The notes below the pieces were generated by a model. That model worked only from the letters and a program-made list of their open reading frames with translations, did not search any database and had not been told where the DNA came from. Source: Malacoraja senta (taxonomy: Eukaryota). Taken from it: a DNA stretch of 64,000 bases. The position numbers and the translations under genes are program-made. This document shows, one piece after another, positions 14,096-27,970 of the stretch. The first letter of the stretch is position 1; each line of letters starts with the position of its first letter. The DNA is taken from assembly GCA_038087875.1 (NCBI GenBank), contig CM075989.1, forward strand, positions 19,346,001-19,410,000, written 5' to 3'.

Positions 14096-14635
14096 GTGTT
14101 TAAGAAGGAACTGCGGATGCTGGAAAATCGAAGGTAGACAAAAGTGCTAGAGAAACTCAGTGGGTGCAGCAGCACCTATGGAGCGAAGGAAATCGGCAAC
14201 GTTTCGGGCCAAAACCCTTCTTCAGACTGATGTTGGGGGGGGGGGGGGGGGGCGGGGAGAAGAAAGGAGAAAGGAACAGGAGGAGCCCGAGGGCTGAGGG
14301 GGAGCTGAGAAGGGGAGGAGACAGCAAAGGCTACCGGAAATTGGAGAAGTCAATGTTTATGCCGCTCGGGTGCAGACTGCCCAAGCGGAATATGAGGTGC
14401 TGCTCCTCCAATTTCCGGTGGTGCTCACTCTGGCCATGGAGGAGGCCCAGGACAGAAAGGTCGGATTCAGAATGGGAGGGGGAGTTGAAGTGCTGAGATA
14501 CCGGGAGATCAGGTTGGTTAATGCGGACCGAGCGGAGGTGTTCGGCGAAATGATCGCCAAGCCTACGCTTGGTCACACCGATGTAGATCAGCTGACATCT
14601 AGAGCAGCGGATGCAATAGATGAGGTTGGAGGAGA
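14096..14635 (-). mobile_element. Penelope-like retroelement 3' portion: GIY-YIG endonuclease plus terminal repeat with hammerhead core
   Basis: Minus strand translates SSNLIYCIRCSRCQLIYIGVTKRRLGDHFAEH...SQHFN...KLEEQHLIFRLGSLHPSGINIDF (PLE GIY-YIG domain), followed by CTGAAGAAGGGTTTTGGCCCGAAACGTT. Confidence 0.92.
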
Positions 14636-16563
14636 TCCTCCAACCTCATCTATTGCATTCTGAAAATATTACAGAAATTCTGAAGGTAATGGAGGGCTTG
14701 GTGACAAGTGGGATGGTAGGAATGAGAATCAATGATCATATAAAGGGTGGTGGGAATTAATATCCTGTAGATACAAGAAATAATTTTAGTAACACTCCCA
14801 ATTTATGCACAAATGCAATTAACCCGAGGTGGAATTAATAAAATTCATGCGATTAAAGACACAGAAGGTGCTGTGCTTAACAGAAATAAATCTTGACTCT
14901 GTTAAATTGCTTGAGGGTCAAAATTAAAGTTATGCCCATATGATCTTGAGTTTTTCATTGATACCACAACTAGTGATTCTGTTGATACCACAACAATTAG
15001 ATAATTAAAAGGATCGAACAAGTACGCAGACTCAGTGTTCCGAAGTGCCTGTTTCCACGCTGTACCTCTAAACTAAAACAAACAATCCCAGAGAGCACAT
15101 ACAGTGAAAATGGAAGAACAGCAGAACAAATCTGATACCATATTGTATTAACAGCAAGGGGAACAAGGAAAGGAGCTTGACATTCATATGAAGAGAAAAA
15201 ATATTGAAAACAATGTTTTAGTAGATGTTAAGTGCTAAAGTAGTAATAGCTGCTGAGAGAGACAAAGATCTAAGCTCTGGACAACTGAAAAGCTCCAATC
15301 CTGGGAATGCTTTGGGGGGGGGAGGGGGGGGGAGACGATGGTGGGGGATACAAATCCGGGTATGTGCCAAGGTAATTGAAAACAGAACAAAACAGTTTGA
15401 AGCTGGAAAGTTAATCAGAGGTTATCTGGCAAAGGGAGTTCAAAAGGTAACTTTGTGCCAGTAGTTTATGAATTGAGGGTTGCAGGGTGCCTAGAGCTGA
15501 CTGGGAATTAAAAGTGAAAAGAAATCTTAACCACAACAGAAACTACTTTTGAACAAAGGTTTCCATGAAGGATTTGTTTTAAATTGGAACAACCCAGTAA
15601 CATTATTTTACATACATGATTATTGAATTAGTTAATGCAAACTTTTTTTTTTAAAGTCAACCCAGTAATTTGAAGCCAAGATTTGAGAAAACTACCACTA
15701 AAGGTCACATTTTGAAACGTGATTAAATACAAAGCTTCAGTCTTGGTGCAATGACATCAGTACAGCAAAAAAAGGTCACATTATCAAGAGCTGCTGCCTA
15801 AGCTTATTGCAAAAGCCTTTTTACAAGGAGCGAGTTTCTTTGTGATAAGTAGATTTATTCTCTTGAGTTGTACTATGGGATATTGTTTCGACTTCTCATG
15901 TAAAAGGGGTAATTATGATAACCAAAGTAGTCAGTCAAATCCCTTACACTCATGGTTTTCAACTTTTTTTTTGTTTGAGAGAATCCCTGAAAATACCAAC
16001 ATGTCCCCTGGAGACTCCCTGCAAATACTGATTACCCTGGGGGGATGCTGTTCCCTGAAAAATAACACTAGTTATCCATGGGCAAACACTGATTTTGTTT
16101 TAAAGGATCTACAATGACAGAAATAAAATGCAAGAATGGTAAACACAACTGTGGTCCCTCTGGGAATCCCTGCCAATCCCCAGAATCTCCTTGCAGGCCT
16201 CACAGAATCCGGAATTCATGTTTGAAACTATGCCCCAGAACATTTACAGAATTAAAATCCACAGTATGTCAATCTACAGATGAAAAAAAAGTTAACATGA
16301 TTTTGACATCTGTAAGATATAATCAAGCAAGAATTTGAATATGTATTGGAAGTTGCAATGAATCATATTTAGAAACTACTTCAACTAGTCTTTTGGATTT
16401 TGTATCACACTTTGTCTTTGTCCAACCATATGCCTATCAAAAACCACTCACATCTGTCCACACCTATAATTGCCAGGCTTTGTTCTACCCCTGGTAGACA
16501 GTGGGTCAGGCAGCATCTCTGGAGAAAAAGGACGGGTGATGTTTCGGGTCAGGACCCTTCTTC

Positions 16564-16790
16564 AAGTCAAGTCAAGTCACATTTATTTATATAGCACATT
16601 TAAAAAACAATTCTCGTTGGCCAAAGTGCTTTACATTGGTATAAGAATAGTATAACAGACAAACTACATACATATAGCCCTCGCTCAGAGGACGTCAAGA
16701 AAGGCTTGGGAGTACAGATGAGTTTTTAGTCTTGACTTAAAGGAGTCGATGGAGGGGGCAGTTCTGATGGGAAGAGGGATGGTGTTCCTG
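16564..16790 (-). mobile_element. L2-clade LINE 3' end, between inverted Penelope-derived fragments (16495-16563 minus; ~16900-17055 plus)
   Basis: Minus translation NTIPLPIRTAPSIDSFKSRLKTHLYSQAF* (L2-type C-terminus) and (GACTT)n tail. Confidence 0.75.
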
Positions 16791-17589
16791 AAAATAGACG
16801 GGAGGTAACTGGAGGTAAAAAAAATACCAGAACAAAACAGGGCCAGTAACAGATGACCAAGGAAGTGCAGATCCCATAATGGCCCATTGTTCAAGGTATC
16901 CCTGTTTTGTCCTACCGCTCTTTCAACTTTCTCCCCCCCCCCCCCCCCACAACCAGTCTGAAGAAGGGTCCCGACCCAAAACGTCACCTATCCATGTTCT
17001 TCAAAGATTGCTGCCTAACCCGATGAGTTACTCCAGCAGTTTGTGTCATTTTTAGATTTTCCTTTTCTCAATTCATAATTCATACTTTTTCATTTTCCAC
17101 GGAAATTTTTAACAAACTTGGTTAAAAACCCTTCCAAACAAAAATGCAGATTACAATTCACATATTATCTCAAATCCGAAATGCTAACCAATTATCTCTG
17201 TTTATTTCTTATTTGTTGCTTTGATTTGTTTGAAATTTGTGGCCGTGGTGATTTGGAAAGAGGCGTTCTTTTTGTTGTCTCTGAGTGTTGCGTAAATCCT
17301 AGAACGGAATACCAAGATTTACAACTATTAACAGTGAGATACGCAAATGAACAAGAACATCAATTTAAATATTACATGGACTTTGGAAGTTCCACGGCAA
17401 CCACTAAGATTAAATACCTAGGCACTTTTGCTCTGTAGTTTGATAACTCCAAAGGCGAATAAATGTTATATGTTTTAAGCTACCTCTAATCCACCTGTCC
17501 ATAGTAGAACTTTGTTGTTTAATAGTATATTGTTTCATAGAAGAACCATTACTATTATTTTAAGCAATCCTAGTAGAAAGGAACAGTGG

Positions 17590-18870
17590 GGACCACCACC
17601 ACGTGTTCCAAACCTCATTCAGTCCTTCTATGAGAATATGCATGGTACTATGCAATTTGATGACACTACATCAGACAGTTTCCCCATAAGAAATGGAGTG
17701 AAGTAAGGCTGTGTCCTAGCGCTCACTGTTCAGCACCTGCCTATCTGCCCTTCTGTCCGTTGCCTTCCCGACAGACACGGAAGGAGTGTATAATGACACC
17801 AGAAGCGGCGGGAAGCTCTTCAATCTAGCAAGGTTGAAAGTCAAGATGAAGGCGAGTACCATGCTTTTAAGGGAACTCCTGTACACTGTCCCTGCACTCA
17901 TTGCCCCAACGATAGGAGGACTTCCGGGGCTGATGGAGAGACTGTCTCATGCTTGCAATAAAGACCGACTGACAATCAGCATTAAGACGACTGTTGTCAT
18001 GGGTCAAGGCACTCACTCTAAACACCACTCTGCTGGAAGCAGACAACAATTTTGCCTGCCTATTATCTAAGGTGACTGATAGCCTACCTCTGGATGAGGA
18101 AATCAATTTACGCATAGGTAAAGCAACAACTACCTTCGGATGTCCAACCAAGTGGGCATGGAAGAAAAGGAACTCACAATCAAGACGAAGATACCTGTCT
18201 ACAAAGCGTGCATCTTGAGCACGTTACTGTACAGCAGTGAAGCTTGGACGAATTATCTACATCAAGAATGGAAATTTAATAATTTTAATTTCTACTGTCT
18301 ACGCATCCTGGGAATTTCTTGGCAGGACAAAAATCACCAATGAATCTGTCCTCTCCCTGGCCAACATGCCTAGCATCCCTGTGATCCTCAAGCAGAAAAG
18401 TGTCTCTGCTGGCTTGGATATGTACACAGGATGGAAAATTGAACCATCTGCAAAGATTGGCTATACAGGGAGGTCGCCACTACACGGAGACCAAGAGGAA
18501 ATCCGAAGTTTGGCGACAAGAATGAGACTAAAAGAGATATGTCAAATTTTTAACATTACCACTGACAACTGGGGAACATCTACTGAGGACTGGAGAAATG
18601 CCCACCAGGCAGGTATGAAGGATCACAACAGCATCTGGTTCAAGACCATGAAGGTCAGACACCCACACCACAAAAAGCGTCAATGGCAGCAGCAACACAA
18701 TACAACAGCCAGAGACAACTTCACCTGTGGAAGCTGTGTGAAGGTCTGCCTGTCAAGGATAGGCTAGTCAATCACAGCAGGAAATGCAACCACGGTTGAA
18801 ACATTCCCCTCTCCAAGCAGGACAATGTCAAAGCCGCACCATCATCTCTCGAAGATGGATGGATCCTAAC
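17590..18870 (+). mobile_element. RTE-clade LINE, degenerate RT and C-terminal region
   Basis: Frameshifted motifs FPIRNGVK*GCVLA, GKLFNLARLK, INLRIGKATTTFG, KTKIPVYKACILSTLLYSSEAWT, LRILGISWQDK, terminal CGSCVKVCLSRIG. Confidence 0.85.
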
Positions 18871-19724
18871 AACCTATTGGAAAGGAACAGAGGGGATGTG
18901 GGGGTGAGATGATGGGTTAAACGCAGTGAAAACTTGGACTATTAGCCAGGCAGCAATTATCAGAACATATGTCACAACATTCAAGTCATGGAAAACATTA
19001 TCATTAGTGGGATTATGTTTTATTTTAAGACTTTGAAAGGCTTCAAGGATTTTAAAGTAAGATATTTATTGTAACAGAGCCATCAGAAATAAAATATATA
19101 CTGCCACTAGGCAAGTCATGGATGACAAAACACTCGCAACCAGTTATATTACATTGCTAGAAACCAGAAACTGCAGATGCTGGTTTACAAAAGAGGACAC
19201 GGAGTGCCCGAGTAGCTCAACGAGTCAGTCAGCATTTTTTGTCTTCTCTAGGTACACTGCTGTTCACAGTCATGTAAATATTGGGAAAGTTTTCATCTCT
19301 GCAATGCGTTCTTGATGAAGATGAAAGAGGTTTGAAGAGGAAAAGGTTTAAAGTGGAACTATCCCCCCACAAAATATTTGTGTTGCTCTCCTTTTTCAAA
19401 AGTGGTTCTTACCCAAATCTTTAAATTTTCACAACTAATTAACTATTGCGCTCAACAACCATTTTTGCAGTATATTTTTTACGAATACAGAACCTTCAGA
19501 TGTAAACCAATTATGCTTAGATTGTTTTTTCCAGCCTCCCTCTACAACATGCCACTTCTTTGATGAATCTACAAACGTGTTACATGTGTTAACCATGCAA
19601 ATCTGTAATCTCAGATTTCTAACAAAATCACACTGAAGCAAGACTTCAATGTGGCTGGCTCCAATTTCTTGAAGATGTGGCAAAATAAACTTTCAGATGC
19701 AGAGGAATTGATCATGTTTAGGAT

Positions 19725-20580
19725 GCCCCATGGTTATAGTTTGAGGGTGAAGAGGACATAGGTTAAAGGTGAAAATATTTAATAGGAATCTGAGGGGTAA
19801 CTTTTTCCACACTAATGGTGATGGGTGTATGGAACTAGCTGTCAGAGGCTGTAGTTGAGGCAGGGACTATCCCAACATTTAAGAATGTTAGACAGATACA
19901 TGGATAGGACAGGTTTGGAGGGATATGGACCAAACATGGGCAGGTGGGACTAGTATAGCTGGGACATGGTGGTCGGTGTGGACAAGTTGGGCCAAAGGGC
20001 CGGTTTCAACACTGTATCACTCTATGACTGTGGTGCAGCACTGCCCCACAGTGCCAGAGACCAGACTTCAAGTGTTCCCTGCAACTGTGCGAGTTTCCTC
20101 TAGCATCCCAAGAGACGTGCAGGTTACTTGGCCATTGCAAATTGCCCCAAGCAAGTAGATGGGTGATAGAATCTGGGGGGAACTGTTGCCAATGTGGAGA
20201 GGATATAAACATGGGATTAAGGTAGGATTATCATAGATGGGTGATTAATAGTCATTGCACTTATTTGGTCAAAAAGCCTTGTATGTTTAGTTTAGGGAAA
20301 CAGCATGGTAACAGACCCTTCAGCCCATCGAATCCATGCTGACCAGTGATCACCCGTACACCAGTTCTATCCTACAAACCAGGACAGTTTACAGAAGCCA
20401 ATTAACCTACACACCTGTATTTCTTTGGAAAGGAGGAGGAAACCTGAGCACCCAGAAAATACCCACGCGGTCACAGGGAGAATGTACAAACTTCGTACAG
20501 ACTGCACCTGAAATCAGGATTGAACCTGGGTCTCTGGCACTGCAAGGCAGAAACTCTACCGCTGAGCCACTGTGCCGCCC
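19725..20580. mobile_element. Cluster: CR1-type 3' end (+), degenerate SINE (+), tRNA-derived V-domain SINE (-, ~20285-20580)
   Basis: Minus copy begins GGCGGCACAGTGGCTCAGCGGTAGAG (A box), has GGTTCAATCC (B box) and the central TTCTCCCTGTGACCGCGTGGG...GGTTTCCTCC domain; resembles HE1/V-SINE organisation. Confidence 0.75.
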
Positions 20581-21365
20581 TTCCTGTATGCGGGTAGTGA
20601 TGGCTGCATCAGAAAAGAGGATGCCGAGAAGCAATTCCAATGAGAAAAGGTCAGTAATCGTCAGCAATTTGATGAGAGCTTTTCCTCTATCACATCGAAA
20701 CCATTTATGCACAAATTAAGCAAGGGCAATCACAATACTTTTTGAGGTGGACCTCTAATTTGCTCTTGTAGATTAACCTTCAATATGAAGTGATAACGAG
20801 AGCACTGGGAAACCTTGTGTGTATTGTATTAAGATTATCACATGAAAGGAAGGAAGGCATACGTTTAGGTTTGAAAACATAAAAGTAATATTTTTATAGA
20901 ACAGAGAACTGTTCAGCCCAGAAACAGGTGCTTCGGCCCACAATGTGCGTGCTGAACATGATGCCAAGTTAAACGCACCTCCTCTGCCTGCGTGCGATCC
21001 ATATCCTCCATTTCCAGCATATCCATGTGCCTATCTAAAAGTCTCTTAAATGCCACTATAGTATCTGCTTTAATACTTGGAAGGAATAATGCCAGTTAAA
21101 GAAGAGAGAGTTGCTTAAGGAATCTTGTGTAAATAATGCAAGGAGGTGCAGTAGTGGAGTGAACGAGGGGAAGAAGAGGTGGTAATGATGGCTGCATCAG
21201 GAAAGCGGATGCCGAGAAGAGGGGACCGCACGTCAACCGCGAGAGCGCCGAGACTATGCCGCGGGAGCGCCGCACGGATGCTGCGCGGGGGCCGAGTGAT
21301 CTCAGTACGGCCGGTCCCACGAGCTTGCGGTGTTATAGAAATTTGCTATATAAAAGACAAGCGGG

Positions 21366-21578
21366 GCTGTGGCGGCGGTAGTGCTGATCGCGGCGCTGTG
21401 GCGGCGCCCGTGCCGCACACGTGCCTCACTGGCGGAGGCTGTGGCGGTGACCGTGCCGCACTCGTGCCTCACTGGCGGCGGCTGTGGCGGTGAGAGTTCG
21501 ACTCACGGCGCTCGTGCCGCACTGGCGGCGGCTGTGGCGATGACGCACTCGTGCCTCACTGGCGGCGGCTGTGCGGTA
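21366..21578. repeat. GC/CpG-rich minisatellite (~43-bp unit, ~4 copies) within a CpG-rich block 21180-21790
   Basis: Repeated GCACTCGTGCCTCACTGGCGGCGGCTGTGGCGGTGA. Confidence 0.85.
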
Positions 21579-22982
21579 AGAAATTATTTTTAGACATTGC
21601 TGACTTTTTGTGAGCACCGTGCGGTGTTGGGACCAACGCCGCACGGCCCTGGCGGTGTGCGTTTGACCAAACCCGCGGTCTCTGGCGGTCCACGAGCGGT
21701 AGATACTTCCTGTATCACCGCCAATGACCGCAGACTCGTGAGACAGGCCTTTAACCGACCTCACTATTGCTGCACCAAATGTCATACAATCACTTCTTTA
21801 ACAGGAACAGTCAATCTAACCTTGCATGATTAACAAAGGGAACTGTACATCAGACTGGAATTTCCATAATTATTCTCTTGTGCCAGAACGTCAAGCAGTA
21901 AGTTAATTGAAATTCAAAAATTCCTTAAACTTGACAACGTTTGTGGAGTTGAAGAACACCAGAAAAGAATTTGCAGCACGATATACTGGAAGGATTAATA
22001 AATTATTTAATAGTATGTAAATCATTAATTTTCTAGCTAAATGCTGAAATAAAAAGGTACTGCAGTGTGTCTTTAGCCTTCACGTAGCTTTGTTTGAAGG
22101 ACAAGATATGTTGAGAATGCACTAAAGTCACAACTTAGAACAGAAGGCGTGCATAAAGAGAAGCCTGGAAGGTGCCTTTGTAGGTGTTTCATTCAGTTAT
22201 TTGCATAGATTGTAATCTATGGCCCACCTTGGGAAGACAAATACCTACAAAAGATTCATTTCAGAGGTAATTTAAAGGTAAAATACTTCTGCAGCCAGAA
22301 ACTAGAGAAAGCCGATCTACTAAATGCAAATGAAGCATAATGAAACAATCTAAATGTTGCTATTCATTGGGTAACTGACGATAATGTGAACCGTAAGTAA
22401 TAAATCTACTGAATTCAATCACACAAAAGAATAAAGTTAGGGAGATCTCAACATTTCTGTGTACACTCTTGTGCTCCACCCCCTTAAACATGTTACATTG
22501 GGGGATAATGTAAGAGAAAGCAATGACAATATAACACACAAAAGCACTCTCCACAGTACACACCTTTTCTATGCAGCCATAATTTTCCTTTTTGAACAAA
22601 GAATGTTTGACTTCTTGAGTAAAGGAAGTTGCCTCTGGCTAATGCTGGGCTGCACTGTCAGTATCTGAGTGCACCAGATGTCTGCAATGGTCAAAACAAC
22701 ATGTTCTGCTGTGGTGCATATTAGCTCCAGCCTATCACTCTGCAATGCACTGCCTCTACAATGAGGCAGACTTAGAGCAGGCATAGCAACAGCCGTGCAA
22801 CCCGATTGGCTGGCAGCAATGTGAAACCCACAGTGTCAAACTCTGCTATAGTTTCCTGTCCAGCAGCAGCAGCCACATCTCTACACAGCTGCAATCAGAC
22901 AAATTAAAGTTCAGAGTACAACAGCAGCCTCTCGCACCGGCAACTGTAGAACTAAGTCACTATATATATATATATATATACT

Positions 22983-23173
22983 ACTATGCAAAGCAGGCGT
23001 GTACACTGTCAGCTTAAATACAGTATTACTTCAGTAGGTTTAAAGAATTGTTACAAAACTTACAATCTTGATATATATAAAACTATGCAGAGCAGGCGTG
23101 TACACTGTCAGTTTAAATACAGTTTGCTACTTCAGTATGGTTTATAAAGAATTGTTACAAAACTCTTACAATC
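22983..23173. repeat. Diverged tandem duplication (~98-bp period, 2 copies)
   Basis: ACTATGCA(A/G)AGCAGGCGTGTACACTGTCAG...AAGAATTGTTACAAAAC...TTACAATC occurs twice, each after a (TA)n run. Confidence 0.9.
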
Positions 23174-24299
23174 ATGAAAATTAATATTTCCAATATAAAA
23201 GTAATCAACGCAAAAGTTTAATGGGTATGCCATGAGACCAAATAATGTTAAATATAATTTTAAATGAGGAAAAGCTTCCTTCAGCCACCGTCCTTGAGCT
23301 GCTAATCTGCCATCTCCAAATGCCTAGTGGATGGTTCTTTAAACCAGTCACCAAAGCTAATCAATTATCAACTGGATGGAGTGGCACAAGACCCTCCTCA
23401 GAAGTAACTGATGATTCATTTTCTTTCTTGCACACATGCATAAACCTCTTTTAACATCAATTAAGACGCTTATGGCCATAAAAAAAGTAACCCATCCTCC
23501 AATCTCAAACAACAGGCTCAATGAAGGAAACTGATGAAGTTGACAAAACACCTTCAGAATTTGTTTAAAAAAAGCCACAAACAAGACCTCAAAATAATCC
23601 TACATGTTCACAAGAGGGAAAGAAAAAAGACACACAGAAATAATTAATGTTGTAATCTAATCATATGAATGTAAACCAGTCAGTAGGAAGGATCTTAAAT
23701 GGTTCTGAGTTTTACAAAACTGTTCTTTGAATCTGGAATTTCAGTTCAAAGCTACTGCACACCACTGGGATTTAATCTCCTGCTGCTTGTAGAGATCTTA
23801 TCAAGAGCATACCTAGTTCTGCAAATTTATCGATTTTACAGATGAACCATATAGGAGAAAAAAAAGGGGTTGAATCACAGGTCTGTCCAATTTAGTTGTA
23901 GACAAAAAAAAGTTTCCACGGTGGAACACAAAAAAAATCTTTGATAACAAGCAAACACGAATGTCAGAATCAGCACTAGCTACAAAATTCTACACTATGA
24001 AATTCAGTATCAAGATTTATTTGAATTATGGTCATTCGGGGAATGTATCAAATGGTACTTGTTGCCCTTGGAATTACAATGAAGCCAATGGGTAGGGTGA
24101 TTGATAGGGTGAGAAATCAATAAGCAAAATAAAAGCACAAATTGAGCCTGGATCCTTTTGAAAAAGTCCATAACATACACGCATCAGTAGATTGGCTTTA
24201 GACAGTATGACAAATGGAAAATTCAACTGGTCAGTAGAGTGTATAATGAAGGTAACATAATTATATTTACGGTTCATACACAAACCACTATCAGTGTAC

Positions 24300-24660
24300 T
24301 CTCCCAGGCCAACTCCATTGACTCTGCTGCACAGGCCATGGTATTTGCGCGTCCAACATCATCGCTCGAAACAGACGTTCTATTCTGAGCTCCGTCTTGC
24401 AAAAAGATGACCAGACGGAAGAAAAATGCAACACTCTCCCCAAATCTTAGGATTGCACTGCGAATGATCGCTCAAAGTGGAGAAGGAGCTTTCAGGGTGA
24501 TGTTAGGAACCTTAAATTAATGCATCAGGAGTACAATGGCCCCCTCCGAAAACAACAGAACGAGAGTACCTCTTCAAACACTAATGTCAGGTAGTCCTGG
24601 CCCATTTGGCAGGGAGTCTGCAGTTCCCTTATTGGCCTCATCAGAACCCACTGAATGGGT
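24300..24660 (+). mobile_element. Very degenerate RTE-like 3' fragment
   Basis: Remnants such as TTCTATTCTGAGCT and GTCTGCAGTTCCCTTATTGGCCTCATCAG resemble the RTE C-terminal coding region. Confidence 0.4.
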
Positions 24661-25821
24661 GATGATCTAGGACTCCATAGAAACAAAGCTTCTGAGGAAA
24701 ATTGTTCAATTTTGCTACCTTCATCAGTAATTATTTTAAGTAACCCACTAAACTGACTGACATCATTCAAACTCTGTAATGTTAATTACTGCCATGATGT
24801 AATCTCATACATTAATCTCAAATTACTGCCATGATGATAACTTGCGTTGTTCAAAACTTCGGAATGCATCGTGATGTATGTCACTGCAATATGACAAATA
24901 GGGGCAAACATTTGAACTGAATATGATAGTTAATGCAAAAGAGGAAAACATAGAAATGACTAATAAGTGAACGAGCAAAAATAAAAACACAAACTTGTTT
25001 CCAAATTTTGAAACTTCATATTTTATGAAAAAAAGTAGATGCCAGGTCACAACAATGATTAAATCAAAGGACTATAATAACAATTTTCCATTAGAATGTT
25101 CTGAAATCTTTGAACTCAATTAAACAATCTTAAACCAAAATTGTTTTGTGGAACCAGTGTAATCATATTAGTGACATGCAAGTGGATGAGTCTAGTTTAA
25201 TGAGCTATTTAATTTTCAGATCAAAGAACTTGCAGCACCAATCTGACAAAGACATTAAAAGTTAATTTATTAGAAATACTATTCTGTTTTGCCGAAGTCC
25301 ATAAAAATGAGATGTAGAAATTGCAAGTCATGTTGACTATCAAAGAAATAAAATCATTAAGAAGGCTTCAGAATAAATATTTGCTTGATTCGGTTAAATT
25401 TACGAAGTTAAATATAAAATCCAAATAATATTTGATCCTAGACTTTGAATTTAAAACACCGTACTAATTTGCATGTTACCCCAATTTTAACAGATAAAGT
25501 TAGGTTAACATTTTGTAAAGTTTCAAAGTAACATTAGAATTGCCTTATTGCAGGTAAACTGTGACAGTCATTTAATCCACATTTCAATGTAAAATATACT
25601 TTGGTATGCATGTAAATATGATCTTTAAAAATTACAAATTTAGAAAAGGACCAATGTTGGCCAAGTATTTTTCCTTGCAAATTGCCATCGAAGCAAAAGA
25701 TGACTCCCGCCCACTTCTCAGATTGTACCTTGAGTTCTTCATCCACTTTGTTGGAGTATGGCTATGTTTTATACACAAGCAAGATCCCACATGCAATGAG
25801 GACAGGATGAATGACCAGCTA

Positions 25822-26125
25822 ATGGACGGCACAGTGGTGCAGCGTCGAGCTGCAGCCCAACAACATCTGAAACTTGGGATCGATCCTAACCTTGGGTGCC
25901 GGCCGCAAGTGTTTGCATGTTCTCCCTGTGACCGCAGGGGTTACATCTGGGTGCTCTACTTTCCTGCACATCCCAAAGGCTAATTGGCATCTGTAAATTG
26001 GCCCTTCTGTGTAGGGAGTGGATGAGAAAGTAGGACAACAAAGAATTAGTGTAAACAGGTGATAGATGGCTGGCATGGACTCGGAGGGCCAAAGCACAGT
26101 TTCCGTGCTCTATTGCTAAACTGAA
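25822..26125 (+). mobile_element. tRNA-derived V-domain SINE
   Basis: GGCACAGTGGTGCAGCG head, GATCGATCC B-box variant, GTTTGCATGTTCTCCCTGTGACC...CACATCCCAAAG core, CTAAACTGAACTAAA tail. Confidence 0.8.
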
Positions 26126-26473
26126 CTAAATAAAATTAAACTGGTTGTTTAGGAACAAATAACTGCCAGGTACGATTAAAAAATTGTTATTCCCGACCAG
26201 CCATGTTGGGAAGGCAAAGTCATTGCTCCCTAGAGAATTAAGCTGCGTTGGGACAAAGCGGACAGAGAAAAAGATTATAAAGATGTGTTCAAAGGGGAAA
26301 AAAAACACACAAAAAAGGTATCATCTCCACTGACTCCTGGTAGCCACTGTCATGGGAGCACACAAATCAGAGAAGGAACATGGTATTGAGAACCAAAGCC
26401 TTGAATTATATGTATCAGGAAGCCCTGCCTAACTGGCGGAAGTGTACTCCTTCACAGACTACTTGTCAGTCAC

Positions 26474-26530
26474 CTCTTTCTGCAGAATATTCATCAATGC
26501 CCACATTGCCCTCATTAGCCATATCATAAC
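26474..26530 (-). CDS. Candidate 57-nt phase-1 exon of the unidentified minus-strand gene: (G)YDMANEGNVGIDEYSAER(G)
   Basis: Acceptor TTTTGCAG after ~250 nt of pyrimidine-rich minus-strand sequence; donor AG|GTGACT; open in frame with the phase-1 first exon at 38602-38617. Confidence 0.4.
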
Positions 26531-27731
26531 CTGCAAAACTGGAGTGAAGGAAGAATAGGAAAATAAATTGAGAGAACTAGAAGTGAGGAGAGGACAAAAC
26601 AGAGTGAGGAGGGGAATGGACAAACTGGGGCAGTTCGGAGAGGATAAACAGGCAGAGAGAGGATAAAGGTGGAGAATGGAGAGAAAATAGAGGGTGAAAA
26701 TGGAAACGGATGAAAATGAAAAACTGGGGATGGGGAGGAGGAAGAGTGATGCACAGAGAGAGATTAGAGCGAGAGAGAAATTAGAGGTATTTACATAACT
26801 GTTCATGACCTCAGGCACCCTAGACCTTTTAAATCCGGTCATTGGTTTGTTCTACAAAATTAGACTTTCGTTGCGTTTTAACCAACATTATAGGATATTT
26901 TAACACAATTAATAATGCAAAGGATTGCCAGTTTAACACCTTGTCAAAGAAATATCTCTGACAATGCAGTGCTTTAATATCCCAAGAAATATCAGCCCTG
27001 ATTACATGCTCAACTGCTTTAATGGGGTTTGAATCTACTGTGTTTAATTGATTTAAGAAATTTTGGAACAATTCAATGATATTGAAAACTTTACATGTAA
27101 AGGTTAAGGAGTGTCAGCAGATTAGAATGTTTTCACTGTCTTCAGTAATGCATTTTATCCAGTTTTTAAATACTACAGAGTTTACACAAATGTAACCTCA
27201 AACCACACTATTCAAAACAACTTCAGAACTTAGTGATTAAAAATTGCATGTGCCTGTCTCTCTGACTGCAGTTTAACAACCCAACATGAAACACAATACC
27301 GAAAATCCTGAATTATTCTACTGAATGATCACTTTTAACATTTGTTTATTATACAGGTTTAACGCACCCATAAATACTGAAAGCAAATGAAGCATGAAAT
27401 GTGGTTAATATTACGGAATTCAATTTATGTTAATTGGAACTAGTTTCTGGGAAAAATCCATTTGCAAAGAATAATTGTCCTTGCACCTGTTGATTACTAT
27501 GCTTAAAACAATATTGGAGCTGGTGGAAGAAAAGCTATGGATTGTATTCTGCTGCAACTACTTATTTTGCATTCTGGACAAGACTTCGGAATCCCATTTG
27601 CAAACACATGAGTGCATTGCTCTCATTCCTTTAACAAAACTACTATACTTGTAAACAAACCACCCAAATAGGAACATGCTGCTATTTTCATGACCTTCAC
27701 AGCACAATAATCTTCACAGCTGCCCAAACAG

Positions 27732-27745
27732 CAGGAAGTGACGTG
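27732..27745 (+). promoter_or_regulatory. Composite ETS-CRE-like motif
   Basis: CAGGAAGTGACGTG: overlapping GGAAGTG and TGACGT in apparently unique sequence. Confidence 0.3.
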
Positions 27746-27970
27746 ATGATGACAGATACACAAAGTTGTTGCTAGGTGGTGAAAGCCATATCCTATTACA
27801 TTGGGTTAATGCAAGTCTGAAAGCAGCTAGAATGATTAATACCAAGTAGAGTACAAGCACCAGACACACCAATCAAAGTTAAATCCGCTCTTGCATCCTC
27901 CTTAAAAAATACAAAATAACATTTTTAATTCTGTTTTCAAATTCACCAAATTCTTGGTAGTTCATTAATA

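Noticed and set aside
13633..14103. ORFs of 64-103 aa in AT-rich unique sequence
   Set aside because: No recognisable motifs or convincing splice sites
20520..20580. tRNA-like A/B boxes here and at other SINE heads
   Set aside because: SINE promoters; no complete cloverleaf
22560..22950. Possible alternative promoter (CCAAT on the minus strand, RFX half-site)
   Set aside because: Short motifs expected by chance; no CpG island or strong donor
26310..26360. Minus-strand HDSGYQES (degron-like) peptide
   Set aside because: In-frame stop just upstream and no supporting exon structure
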